From contig CBDASK010000003.1 of the NCBI GenBank assembly GCA_965199495.1, forward strand, positions 3,008,001-3,072,000: 64,000 nucleotides of DNA, written 5' to 3'. The number at the start of each line of letters is the position of its first letter. Position 1 is the stretch's first letter. The position numbers and the translations under genes are program-made. This DNA is from Abditibacterium sp. (GTDB lineage: Bacteria > Armatimonadota > Abditibacteriia > Abditibacteriales > Abditibacteriaceae). The notes beneath the pieces are model-generated. The model was not told the origin of the DNA. It saw nothing but the letters and a program-made list of their open reading frames with translations, and made no database searches. Shown here piece after piece: positions 39,951 through 49,127 of the stretch.

Positions 39951-40766
39951 TCACTTTTGCAGCCACCATCCAAAAATAATGGCGCCACCGATTGTCCCAA
40001 CGCACGGAAGCAGCGCCGAAGTCAAACCGAAAATCGAAATTAATCCAGCACAACCCATTGTCGTCCCTATTGCCAAACCAATAAGTGGACTGAGCCGGTA
40101 TTCCTGTTCTGCGGCGACGGGACTACTTTTGAAAAGCGCGCTCCACTGCCACGGACGGTTGGCTCTATCGCGCTTCCAAAGCCAAATCATAAACAGACCA
40201 ATTCCCAGTGCTGTTGGCGGCCCCAAATCGCCCATGTCAAAGGCAGGCCACTGCATGTGCGCGACTGGCTCCATCATCAGCACAAACGCGAACAAATAAG
40301 CCACGATGTTATAAATCGTCCATTGTTTGCCTTGGCGCTGGAAACGAAAAATCCAAAATCCAAAGATCGCCAATATAAGTGCCACATAATCCGAAGGCTT
40401 GCTCAATTGCTCCCACGCAGATTCCGGGAGAGTCACTGCTGCTGTTCCAATTGCCGTAACGGCAACCAATCGCCAACCAAACTTACGCGCGAAATCCCAC
40501 TTCGACAACGGCACGCCTTCGGTTTCCATTTGCCCCGAACTTGCCCACTGCCGACGCAAATCGCGCCCGACTTTATCGGGTTCGCCGAACTCGCGCATCG
40601 AATGCAGCCACGCCGTGGCTGCATCGAAGCTGTCGGCGCGTTTGGCTTCCCACTGCGCGTGTAAATGCGCGCGAACTTCGTCCATAAACTCAGCTTTGCG
40701 CGCGGCGGGCACGTCGCGCAATTGCGCTTCGATGGCGGCCAAATACGATTCGAGATTATTTTCCAT
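39951..40766 (-). CDS. HAAS/permease-prefix-domain membrane protein, paralogue 1
   Basis: MENNLESYLAAIEAQLRDVPAARKAEFMDEVRAHL...EFGEPDKVG; GGAGG RBS; overlaps the padR stop. Confidence 0.8.
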   Translation of the reverse strand: MENNLESYLAAIEAQLRDVPAARKAEFMDEVRAHLHAQWEAKRADSFDAATAWLHSMREFGEPDKVGRDLRRQWASSGQMETEGVPLSKWDFARKFGWRLVAVTAIGTAAVTLPESAWEQLSKPSDYVALILAIFGFWIFRFQRQGKQWTIYNIVAYLFAFVLMMEPVAHMQWPAFDMGDLGPPTALGIGLFMIWLWKRDRANRPWQWSALFKSSPVAAEQEYRLSPLIGLAIGTTMGCAGLISIFGLTSALLPCVGTIGGAIIFGWWLQK

Positions 40767-41103
40767 GTTTCGCCTCCGTCGCCGTGGGCGCCATAATTTC
40801 CGAAACCGCCGCCGAAAACTTCGCCCACACACCGCGTCGCCGTTCCAAATCGTCAGAACCCGCGTCGGTCAAACGGTAGGTTTTGCGCGACGGCCCGCGC
40901 TCGACGGTTTCCCATTGCGCGCTCACAAATCCTTGATCTTCCAAAGCGTGCAGCGCCGGGTAAAGCGTGCCTTCTTTGAACGACAAAGCCGCGCCGCTCC
41001 GCCGCTCGATTTCGCGCGCGATGGCGTAACCGTGCAGCTCGCCATCGGCCAAAACCGCCAGAATCAGACCGGGCACGTTGCCCTTAATTAGCTGTTTATC
41101 CAT
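40756..41103 (-). CDS. PadR-family transcriptional regulator
   Basis: LIKG...ILAVL..GELHGYAI...EGTLYPALH.LE..G...RKTYRLT..G. Confidence 0.93.
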   Translation of the reverse strand: MDKQLIKGNVPGLILAVLADGELHGYAIAREIERRSGAALSFKEGTLYPALHALEDQGFVSAQWETVERGPSRKTYRLTDAGSDDLERRRGVWAKFSAAVSEIMAPTATEAKHGK

Positions 41104-41122
41104 TGTTCATATCCTTTCGACT

Positions 41123-41166
41123 TGCATCGGAAAACTATGTATAAGATAACGGGATGAGTTTGTCAA
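41123..41166 (-). promoter_or_regulatory. Candidate padR promoter with overlapping operator
   Basis: Minus strand: TTGACA-N17-TATACA, overlapping the imperfect palindrome TACATAG-N5-CGATGCA. Confidence 0.45.
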
Positions 41167-41292
41167 CAGGTTAAACTTGAGTGGCTTATCGATGTAAGTC
41201 ATACGGCAAATGTAAAGCGGTGATTAGTAACTGGAGAAATGTCAAAAGTTAGAGTCAACGAATTTTACCAGTTTTCCCCCGACTACTTAACT

Positions 41293-42015
41293 ATGAAACT
41301 CAGCGTTTTGATGCCGGTGTGGAACGAGTCCGCCACGCTCGAAGAAATTTTACGGCGCGTGCAAGCGGTAGATTTGGACAAAGAAATTATCATCGTGGAC
41401 AACGTTTCGAGCGACGGCACGCGCGAGATTTTGCAGGCTATGCTCGACAACAGCCACGCCGGGTCAGCCGATAGTTCGGCGCGTATTCGCATCGCGTTTC
41501 AAGAGGAAAATTTGGGCAAAGGCGCCAGCGTGCGGCGCGCGCTCGAATTGGCGCGCGGCGATTGGGTGATCGTGCAAGACGCCGATTTGGAATACGATCC
41601 GCGCGATTATCTGCGCTTGATGAAAGCGGCGCAAAAGCGTAAGTTGGATGTGGTTTTCGGCACGCGACTTAAAGGCGATACGCGGGCGGGGCAACCGCGT
41701 ACTTCGTTTTTTTACGGGCGCGTTGGTTTGTCGGTCTTCTTCCGATTGCTTTACGGTTCCCCGCTTTCGGACGTGGCGACTTGTTACAAACTGCTCAAAC
41801 GCCCGTTCGCCCAGACGCTCGATTTGCAAAGTAGCGGTTTCGACTTGGATTTTGAAATCGCCGCCAAAGTCGCGCGCGCGGCGCGCAAACGAAAAATTCG
41901 CGTCGGAGAAATCCCGATTTCTTATGCGCCGCGCACCGAACTCGAAGGCAAAAAAATCCGTGCCGTCCACGACGGTTGGCGCGCGGCGCGGGCGTTATTG
42001 AAATTTCGTTGGTAG
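41293..42015 (+). CDS. Glycosyltransferase family 2 (polyprenol-phosphate type)
   Basis: LSVLMPVWNE, VDNVSSDGT, NLGKGAS, QDADLEYDP, D..TCYK. Confidence 0.9.
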   Translation: MKLSVLMPVWNESATLEEILRRVQAVDLDKEIIIVDNVSSDGTREILQAMLDNSHAGSADSSARIRIAFQEENLGKGASVRRALELARGDWVIVQDADLEYDPRDYLRLMKAAQKRKLDVVFGTRLKGDTRAGQPRTSFFYGRVGLSVFFRLLYGSPLSDVATCYKLLKRPFAQTLDLQSSGFDLDFEIAAKVARAARKRKIRVGEIPISYAPRTELEGKKIRAVHDGWRAARALLKFRW

Positions 42016-42025
42016 GATTGGCTCA

Positions 42026-42182
42026 AGCCACAGAGGACGCAGAGAACACCCAGAAAAACACAGAGGGGGGAAAAAGAGAGTAGAAACGAAGCAATGGAAA
42101 AATAGGGTTTCTTTCTTGATTTATTTGCTCTCTTTTTCCCCCTTCTGTGTTTTTCTGGGTGTTCTCTGCGTCCTCTGTGGCT
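42026..42182. repeat. Long inverted repeat (CACAGAG/CTCTGTG type)
   Basis: AGCCACAGAGGACGCAGAGAACACCCAGAAAAACACAGA... paired with ...TCTGTGTTTTTCTGGGTGTTCTCTGCGTCCTCTGTGGCT. Confidence 0.8.
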
Positions 42183-42190
42183 AAAAAATT

Positions 42191-43903
42191 ATGAATCGTC
42201 TCACTTCTCTCGCTCTTTTTGCCGCGCTCGCGGGCGGTTGCGCGCGCTCGGATTTGGGCGAGCGCGCGGCCTCGGAAGTGGTGAAATCTGCCGTCAAAGA
42301 AGAAGCGGGCAAAGCCAAATCGAGTCTGCAGAAGATCGGCAACGTGACAATGAAGGACTCCAAATTTGTCGGTGCCGATGCCAAAGGCAATCCGTTGTGG
42401 GAAGTCGGCGCCAAGTTAGTGGTGACCAAAGACCAGGTGCAGAGCGGCACTCCCAAACGCGCGACGCTGTCCGATGCGACGGTCAAGCTCTATCACGAAG
42501 GCAAACTCGAATCTACTTTTGCGGCGCCGCTCATCGAGTTTTTTAACACCGACAAAGGTCTGCGTTTGTCCATGACCAAAGGTGTTAAAGCCTCGAACGT
42601 GGGCGCGTTGGGCAAAGATGGCGTGCCGATTCAGGTCGCGGCGCCGCGCGGCGATGTGGATGTCGCCAAACGTTTAGTCAGTCTGAGCGGCGGCGCGCGC
42701 GTGGTGCGCGGGCCGATTACCGTGACTGGAAAAACGCTGCGCACCCAAACCGATCTGGCGCGCGCAAATTTGATCGGCGATGTCTTGGCGCAATCTCCGC
42801 AGGGGCAAACCAAAGCGAAGGACGCGATTTTCGCGTGGAAAGCCAACACGCTCGCGGCCAACGGCGTGACGTTTATTCGGCCCGATTTGACACTCACTGG
42901 CGATAAACTCAGCGCCGACACCGCCGCCGAAAAAGGCACCTTAACTGGCAACGTCCGCGCCGTGGCTGTTGGTGCGGGCGTGACTTCGAGCGCGACGGCG
43001 CCGAGCGTGGATTTCGATTGGAAAGCCGACATGATTCGCGCGGCCAACGCGAATTTGTCGCGCGAGGGCGCGCAGATGGAGACGGCGCAGTTGCAAACCG
43101 ATTCCAAACTGAAAGTCGCCGATGCACAGGGCGTGACGATTCGCAAAGATGGCGCGACTTTAAAAGCCGCCAGCGCGCGCGGTTTCGACGGCTTGAAGCA
43201 ATTGACTGGAACCAAAGTCATCATCGTGCGCGACGGCACGACGCTGACGGCGGCGAGCGCCAAAGCCGACAATTGGAGCGCGAGTTCGGGCACAATTACG
43301 GGGAGCGGTGGCGTGACCGCGACCAATGCCGATGGCAAACTCAACGCGCAAAGCGCGGTTTGGAGCGGCGGCAAAGACGGGCAAATCACGGCGTCGGGCG
43401 GCGTCGAAATCGTCTCCAAAGGCACCACGATTCGCGGCGCGCGCGGCACCAGCGACGCGAGCATGAACGTCGCGAATTTGAGCGGCGATGTGCGCGCGAC
43501 GCTCAAAGACGGCTCGACTTTGCGCGCGCCCGTCGTGCGCAAAAGCGGCGATCAAATCGTGGCGAGCGGCGGAACGACAGCGCAGTTCAAGACGCAAGAT
43601 CAATTGCTTACCGTCCAAGCGCCGCGTGTCGAAACGACCGTCGGTGGCCAAACCGCGCGCGCATCGGGCGGCGTGAACTTGAAAAGTTCCAGCGGCGCCA
43701 CAGCCACGGCGCCGACGGCGACGTTTAATCGCGCGACGCAACAAGTCGTGGCGAGCGGCGGGGTGAAATATACCGATCCGAAAATGGGCACGCTCAACGG
43801 CAAAACGCTGCGCGCCAATCTGCGCTTGCAAAGCGCGGTGATGGACAATGGTAGCGCTCAGATTAACAGCGATTTCTTTGGCGATAAAGGTTTGTTTAAT
43901 TAA
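42191..43903 (+). CDS. Lipoprotein with an LptC-like N-domain followed by multiple OstA/LptA-like beta repeats
   Basis: Lipobox AGGC; D.KG..LWEV.A (LptC-like); repeated A.L.GDV.A / I.ASGGV.. units; G/A/T-rich all-beta composition. Confidence 0.65.
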   Translation: MNRLTSLALFAALAGGCARSDLGERAASEVVKSAVKEEAGKAKSSLQKIGNVTMKDSKFVGADAKGNPLWEVGAKLVVTKDQVQSGTPKRATLSDATVKLYHEGKLESTFAAPLIEFFNTDKGLRLSMTKGVKASNVGALGKDGVPIQVAAPRGDVDVAKRLVSLSGGARVVRGPITVTGKTLRTQTDLARANLIGDVLAQSPQGQTKAKDAIFAWKANTLAANGVTFIRPDLTLTGDKLSADTAAEKGTLTGNVRAVAVGAGVTSSATAPSVDFDWKADMIRAANANLSREGAQMETAQLQTDSKLKVADAQGVTIRKDGATLKAASARGFDGLKQLTGTKVIIVRDGTTLTAASAKADNWSASSGTITGSGGVTATNADGKLNAQSAVWSGGKDGQITASGGVEIVSKGTTIRGARGTSDASMNVANLSGDVRATLKDGSTLRAPVVRKSGDQIVASGGTTAQFKTQDQLLTVQAPRVETTVGGQTARASGGVNLKSSSGATATAPTATFNRATQQVVASGGVKYTDPKMGTLNGKTLRANLRLQSAVMDNGSAQINSDFFGDKGLFN

Positions 43904-43939
43904 CATCCGAAAGCCGAAAAACCCGTCAAACTAAATCGC

Positions 43940-44884
43940 GTGTTAAATTCCGCACTTTCTTCGCCCAAGCGTCTGGCTTTGGGCTGCATGGGCATGGCTG
44001 GTTCCGGCCCCGCCGACGATCTTTCGCCGATTCGCATCAAGAACGCCATTGAAGCGTTCGAGGCCGCTTTGGTTTCGGGCATTACGCTCTTCGATCACGC
44101 CGATATTTATGGCGGTGGCGCCTGCGAAAGCGTTTTCAAATCGTGTCTCGAAGCCCTCCCCGATGCGCGCGAGCGAATCCAAATTTGGAGCAAAGGCGGC
44201 ATTCGCGCCGGGCATTATAATTTGTCCAAAGATTACTTGCTCGAATGTATCGAACGCTCGCGCTCGCGCATGGGCATTGATAAAATTGATCTGTTCCAGT
44301 TGCATCGTCCCGACCCGGTGGCTCATCCGTCCGAGACCGCCGAAGCGCTCAATCAAGCGCTCAAGGCCGGGCACATCGGCGCGATTGGCGTTTCCAATTA
44401 TTTCCCCGAACAGACGCGCGCGCTGCAAAAATATCTCGATGCGCCGATTGTTTCCAATCAATTCGAGATCAACGCGCTTCGTCTGGCGCCGTTTTACGAA
44501 GGTTGGGAAGTGCCCGCGTTCAAAGGTTATAGCGGCGGCACTGGCACCATCGGCGACGGCTTGCTCGATTTCTGTATGGCCAACGAGATCACGCCGCTCG
44601 CCTATAGCCCGCTTGCGCGCGCGACGTTATCGAAAGCCGAATCGCAGGATGGGCGCGAACAGGACACGCTCGACGTTATCGGCGAACTCAGCCAGAAATA
44701 CGAGGCCACGCGCACCCAAATCGCTCTGGCGTGGCTGCTGACGCACCCGGCGGGCATTATTCCAATTGTCGGCAGCAACAATCCCGCGCACATCTTCGAG
44801 GCGGCCCAGCGCAACGATTTGCGTTTGGAACGTGAAGATTGGTATCGCATTTGGACGGCTTCGTGGGGCCGTAACGCGCCGTGA
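43940..44884 (+). CDS. Aldo/keto reductase
   Basis: LALGCM, GITLFDHADIYG, IDLFQLHRPD, IGVSN, AYSPL, IALAWLL.HP. Confidence 0.93.
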   Translation: MLNSALSSPKRLALGCMGMAGSGPADDLSPIRIKNAIEAFEAALVSGITLFDHADIYGGGACESVFKSCLEALPDARERIQIWSKGGIRAGHYNLSKDYLLECIERSRSRMGIDKIDLFQLHRPDPVAHPSETAEALNQALKAGHIGAIGVSNYFPEQTRALQKYLDAPIVSNQFEINALRLAPFYEGWEVPAFKGYSGGTGTIGDGLLDFCMANEITPLAYSPLARATLSKAESQDGREQDTLDVIGELSQKYEATRTQIALAWLLTHPAGIIPIVGSNNPAHIFEAAQRNDLRLEREDWYRIWTASWGRNAP

Positions 44885-45007
44885 TTTTTCGGTTTCTCGC
44901 AAAGTCACGCAAAGAAAACAAGCAAACCTTTGTGTGGCTTTGTGAGAAACCGCCATCTAAAAATTGCCACTTTGATGGCGCGAGCGTTTCTGATTAAATC
45001 TCCCGCG

Positions 45008-45790
45008 ATGCGTTTACTTTTACTGCTTCCGTTTATTTTTGCTGCGCCCGTTTGGGCGCAAGACGCCAATCCAACACCGCCCACTGGCATGGTTTACGTT
45101 CCGGCGGGCGAATTCACGATGGGCACCAACGCTGCCGACGGCAGCGATTTCAACCAGCGCGACAACACGCCGCTCAGTGCCAACGACGCCCGCCCGCAAC
45201 ACAAAGCCACGACGGGCGCGTTCTTCATGGATAAAACCGAAGTCACCAACGCGCAATACCAAAAATATTGCGAAGCGACGGGCGCACTCGTGCCGCCCTA
45301 TTGGATTGGCGGCAAAATTCCCGATGGCCAAGCCGATTTCCCGGTTCACCACGTCAACTGGTATGAAGCCAGCGCCTACGCCAAATGGGCGGGCAAGCGT
45401 TTGCCGACCGAAGCCGAATGGGAAAAGGCCGCGCGCGGAACCGACGGGCGAAATTTTCCGTGGGGCAACGATTTTGACGGGAACAAAGTCGCCAATGGCG
45501 GCGACGGGCCGCAGGCTGTCGGCGCGCATCCGGGCGGCGCGTCGCCTTATGGCGCGCTCGATATGTCGGGCAATGTCAATGAGTGGACGACGACATGGTT
45601 TGATGGCTATCCCAACTCGCCGACAAAGCAGCCGGATTTTGGCACCAAATATAAAGTCGTGCGCGGCGGCGCTTGGTGGAGCGGCGAGCAATTGGGCCAA
45701 ACGTGGTATCGCGAAGTCGCCCGCCCGCAAACGCGCATCACTATGATCGGTTTTCGCTGCGTCCAAGACGTTCAGAAAAACGTTCAATAA
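45008..45790 (+). CDS. Exported FGE-sulfatase (SUMF1/PvdO/EgtB-type) domain protein
   Basis: MVYVPAGEFTMG, EVTNAQY, KRLPTEAEWEKAARG, DMSGNVNEW, IGFRC. Confidence 0.92.
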   Translation: MRLLLLLPFIFAAPVWAQDANPTPPTGMVYVPAGEFTMGTNAADGSDFNQRDNTPLSANDARPQHKATTGAFFMDKTEVTNAQYQKYCEATGALVPPYWIGGKIPDGQADFPVHHVNWYEASAYAKWAGKRLPTEAEWEKAARGTDGRNFPWGNDFDGNKVANGGDGPQAVGAHPGGASPYGALDMSGNVNEWTTTWFDGYPNSPTKQPDFGTKYKVVRGGAWWSGEQLGQTWYREVARPQTRITMIGFRCVQDVQKNVQ

Positions 45791-45804
45791 ATCAGATTTT
45801 CGCC

Positions 45805-46272
45805 ATGTCAAACGCAACGCAATGGGGTTTGCCCGCCGATTTCACGCCCGCGCGCTTTCCGATTCCCGACGAAGCCAAATCCGCCGTTCGTCCTTTGCTG
45901 ACGCCCGGCGATCCGGTCGTTATTTCGCTCGCCAACGACGAAGACGCCCTCGTTTTGGTCGGCACGCCGCAGCGATTGTTGGTCGTCAAACTCAGCGGAC
46001 TATCGGCGGGCGCGGCGGGCGTGGCTGTGCGCGAGTTCCCGTGGGAAGGCATCACGCGCATTGTCGCCACGCCCTTATCGTTTCAACTCAAAATCGCGTT
46101 GCATTTCCGTTCCAGCAACGGGCGCACCGTCGAAGTCGGGCGGCGCGCACAGTTGGGCAAACCGGGCGTCGAGAATTTGGCCGGATTCGATTTAGATAAC
46201 GGCAACACCGTTTTGGCGGCGATAATGCAAATCTGGGAAAGCAAACGCGACGACAATCTGCTCAGCGACTAA
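45805..46272 (+). CDS. Hypothetical protein (bacterial PH-like pattern)
   Basis: L.PG..V...LVGTPQRLLVVK...FPWEGI. Confidence 0.6.
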   Translation: MSNATQWGLPADFTPARFPIPDEAKSAVRPLLTPGDPVVISLANDEDALVLVGTPQRLLVVKLSGLSAGAAGVAVREFPWEGITRIVATPLSFQLKIALHFRSSNGRTVEVGRRAQLGKPGVENLAGFDLDNGNTVLAAIMQIWESKRDDNLLSD

Positions 46273-46289
46273 AAAGCGTGAATTTCAGT

Positions 46290-46652
46290 TCACCAGTCGC
46301 GCCATTCGGTGACAGTTTCTTCTTCCTCGTCCACGTCAATTCCGGCGGCCTGACCGATTTGATTGAGCAGTTCACACAGCTCTTCGCGCTCGCCGGTTTC
46401 GATCAAATCGGTTTGATCGTTCAAACCGTTGAGCGCTTCGACGGCGTGCTGAAACAAAACGATTTTCTCGTCTTCGCTGGCGTCTTCGCCCAGTTCGATG
46501 AGCGATTCGATCAGATCATCGAAAATCGTGGCAGCGGCTTCGCAGTTGGGGCGCGTATATTGTTCCATGCCCTCTTCACCTTCGCTGTAGGTGAGCCACT
46601 TTTCAAAGGGATAATTTTTCTTGGTGGCGAGCAATTTCGCTTGGTAATCCAT
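46290..46652 (-). CDS. Small acidic hypothetical protein
   Basis: 120 aa; VEALN.LN...LIETGEREELCELL...WRDW; GGAG RBS. Confidence 0.8.
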   Translation of the reverse strand: MDYQAKLLATKKNYPFEKWLTYSEGEEGMEQYTRPNCEAAATIFDDLIESLIELGEDASEDEKIVLFQHAVEALNGLNDQTDLIETGEREELCELLNQIGQAAGIDVDEEEETVTEWRDW

Positions 46653-46679
46653 TTTAATCTCCGGGAAATGTAAAGGCCT

Positions 46680-47348
46680 TTAGATGGAATTTATTTCGTC
46701 GCGTTCCAAAACAGCGCGCACTGGCCCAAACGTTTTGCGATGAATCTCGCACGCCCCCAATTCATCGAGTACGGCATAATGGGCGCGCGTTGGATAACCT
46801 TTATGCGTCGCAAAACCGTAGCCGGGAAACTGCGCATCGAACTCGATCATCATCTCATCGCGCGCGACTTTGGCTAAAATCGAAGCCGCAGCAATCGAAA
46901 AACTGCGCGCATCGCCTTTGACGAGCGCTTCGTAAGGCCACGGCCACGCGATTTCGCGGGCGGCTAAACCGTCAGCCAAAACGAAATCAACCGCGCCAAA
47001 GCGCGTTTCCAAATCTTCGATGGCGCGCCGCATCGCCAGCCACGACGCGACTCGAATGTTGATTTTGTCAATCTCGCTCGCATTGCAAATGCCGATGCCC
47101 CACTGCGCGTGTTGTCGAATCTGCTGCGCTAACCGCTCGCGAACTGTGGACGTTAGTTTTTTGGAATCGTTAAGTTGGGCAGTGAACGCATGAGCCACGT
47201 CGCGCGGCAACAACGCCGCGCCCGCCACGACCGGCCCCGCCAGCGGCCCGCGCCCGGCTTCGTCAACGCCGCAGACGCGCGCATAATCGCGAGCGAGCAG
47301 GGCGTCTTCGTGGGCGAAATCGGGGACATAGGCTGCAATTTTGGGCAC
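46680..47348 (-). CDS. rnhB: Ribonuclease HII
   Basis: GVDEAGRGPLAGPV, DSKKL, KGD...SIAAASILAKV.RD, HKGYPT. Confidence 0.96.
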   Translation of the reverse strand: MPKIAAYVPDFAHEDALLARDYARVCGVDEAGRGPLAGPVVAGAALLPRDVAHAFTAQLNDSKKLTSTVRERLAQQIRQHAQWGIGICNASEIDKINIRVASWLAMRRAIEDLETRFGAVDFVLADGLAAREIAWPWPYEALVKGDARSFSIAAASILAKVARDEMMIEFDAQFPGYGFATHKGYPTRAHYAVLDELGACEIHRKTFGPVRAVLERDEINSI

Positions 47349-47407
47349 GATGGGCAGGTGTGAAAATAGCGGAGCAAATGCCCCGCTATTTAAAAGCTAA
47401 ATTATTT

Positions 47408-48259
47408 TCACTGCACCGGAATCGCTTCGCCCTCGGCGTTGCGTTGTTCTGGCGCGCGCGGATGAAAGCTCAAACTGTCCACCAAACCCAGGCGCGTCGG
47501 CGGCCAAAACACGCAAATCGCTTTGCCGACGACATTCTCGCGCGGCGTAAAACCCCAGACGTGGCCGTCGTTGGAATTGGAACGATGGTCGCCCAGCATC
47601 AGTAGATGACCGGCGGGCACCGGGCCGGGTTTGGCGGCATCAATCTGTTTCTGGTCAGCATCAGCCGCGACCAGATTATTCTTTGCCCACGCTTCGGGCT
47701 TGTTAATCGCGTAATACTCGCGCGAATAAACCGCGCCGTCCACGATTTTCATATCGTAAGAAATCGTCGGGCCGTTCCACAATTTATACGGTTCTTGAAC
47801 GAATTTGCCGTTGCGATAAAACTTGCCGTTGCGCATTTCGACGACATCGCCGGGCGTGCCCATGCAGCGCTTGATGAAATCGGTGTGCGGTGGCTGCGCG
47901 GCGGCAGGCGGCGCCTCGAAAACCACGACATCCTGAAATTGCGGGTCTTTCATGCGATAGACCAAGCGCGAAACCAGCAAGCGGTCGGAGATGCGTAATG
48001 TGTCTTCCATCGAACCGGACGGAATGAAAAACGCCTGCAAAATGAACGGCTGAATCACGAACAAGACCAGACCAATGGCAATCGTCGCCGAATCGAGCGT
48101 TTCGATGAGCCACTTGCTGGTCTCATTGGCCTCGGAAATTGTCGCGCCGCTGCCAACTTTAATTTCGCGCGGCGAAAGCAGACGCACGAACTCGCGCATG
48201 CCCAGCAAACCCGCGACGATAGCGAGTTTCCATAAAGGATTTTCGATGTTGAATTCCAT
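47408..48259 (-). CDS. lepB: Signal peptidase I (copy 2)
   Basis: FFIPSGSMEDTL, FIKRC, LGDHRSNSNDG; start at ATG 48259. Confidence 0.93.
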   Translation of the reverse strand: MEFNIENPLWKLAIVAGLLGMREFVRLLSPREIKVGSGATISEANETSKWLIETLDSATIAIGLVLFVIQPFILQAFFIPSGSMEDTLRISDRLLVSRLVYRMKDPQFQDVVVFEAPPAAAQPPHTDFIKRCMGTPGDVVEMRNGKFYRNGKFVQEPYKLWNGPTISYDMKIVDGAVYSREYYAINKPEAWAKNNLVAADADQKQIDAAKPGPVPAGHLLMLGDHRSNSNDGHVWGFTPRENVVGKAICVFWPPTRLGLVDSLSFHPRAPEQRNAEGEAIPVQ

Positions 48260-48282
48260 GATTAAAAGGGAGCTTCTACAAT

Positions 48283-49077
48283 TTAAGGCGCTACGCGCGG
48301 ATTGCGCGTCATCTCGTCCAGTAATCCGAAGCGACGCGGCGGCCAAAACACGCACATCGCTTTGCCAATGACTTTTTCTCGCGACACAAAGCCCCAGAAG
48401 TGTCCGTCCAACGAATTGGAACGATGGTCGCCCAACATTAAGAGTTGACCGTTGGGCACGCGTCCAGGTGTCGCGGTCGAAATCAAGAATTGATTGGCGG
48501 CGGGCACAACGAGTTGATTTTGCTGCCACGCGCCGGGCAGATTGGGCGCGTAATAATCGCGCGAATAGACCGCCCCTCCCACAATTTTCATATCGTAGGG
48601 CAACGTGGGACTATTCCATAATTGATAAATTTCGGGCACCGCGCGGCCATTGCGAAACAAAACGCCCCGGCGCATTTCGATGACATCGCCGGGCGTGCCG
48701 ATGCAGCGTTTGATGAAATCGGTGCCAGCTTCCTGATGCGCGGCGGGTGGAGCTTCAAAAACGACGACATCTTGAAAATGTGGCTCCTGCAACCGGTAAA
48801 TCGCGCGCGAAACCAACACGCGGTCTTGCTCGCGCAAGGTGTTTTTCATCGAACCCGTCGGTATAACGAACGCTTCGGCGATGAACGGCTGAACCACGAA
48901 GAAAACCACTGCCAGAGCGATTGTCGCCGAGTTGAGCGTCTCGATTGTCTCTTTACTCTCCTCGCGCGAGCGCACCGTTTTGCGACGCAACCACAAACCA
49001 ACCGCCGCCAGCACCACGACAACGGCGATCTTCCACCAGAATCCTTCGATATCATGCTGCATGAGATTATTTTCCAT
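48283..49077 (-). CDS. lepB: Signal peptidase I (copy 1)
   Basis: FVIPTGSMKNTL, FIKRC, LGDHRSNSLDG. Confidence 0.92.
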   Translation of the reverse strand: MENNLMQHDIEGFWWKIAVVVVLAAVGLWLRRKTVRSREESKETIETLNSATIALAVVFFVVQPFIAEAFVIPTGSMKNTLREQDRVLVSRAIYRLQEPHFQDVVVFEAPPAAHQEAGTDFIKRCIGTPGDVIEMRRGVLFRNGRAVPEIYQLWNSPTLPYDMKIVGGAVYSRDYYAPNLPGAWQQNQLVVPAANQFLISTATPGRVPNGQLLMLGDHRSNSLDGHFWGFVSREKVIGKAMCVFWPPRRFGLLDEMTRNPRVAP

Positions 49078-49087
49078 TCTCGAAACT

Positions 49088-49127
49088 AAAAAAGGGCACG
49101 AATCGCCAATGGATTCGTGCCCTTTTT
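49088..49127 (-). terminator. Intrinsic terminator after rplS
   Basis: AAAAAAGGGCACGAATC...GATTCGTGCCCTTTTT. Confidence 0.8.

Noticed and set aside
48260..48529. Long N-terminus of lepB copy 2
   Set aside because: It overlaps lepB copy 1; the paralogue alignment supports ATG 48259
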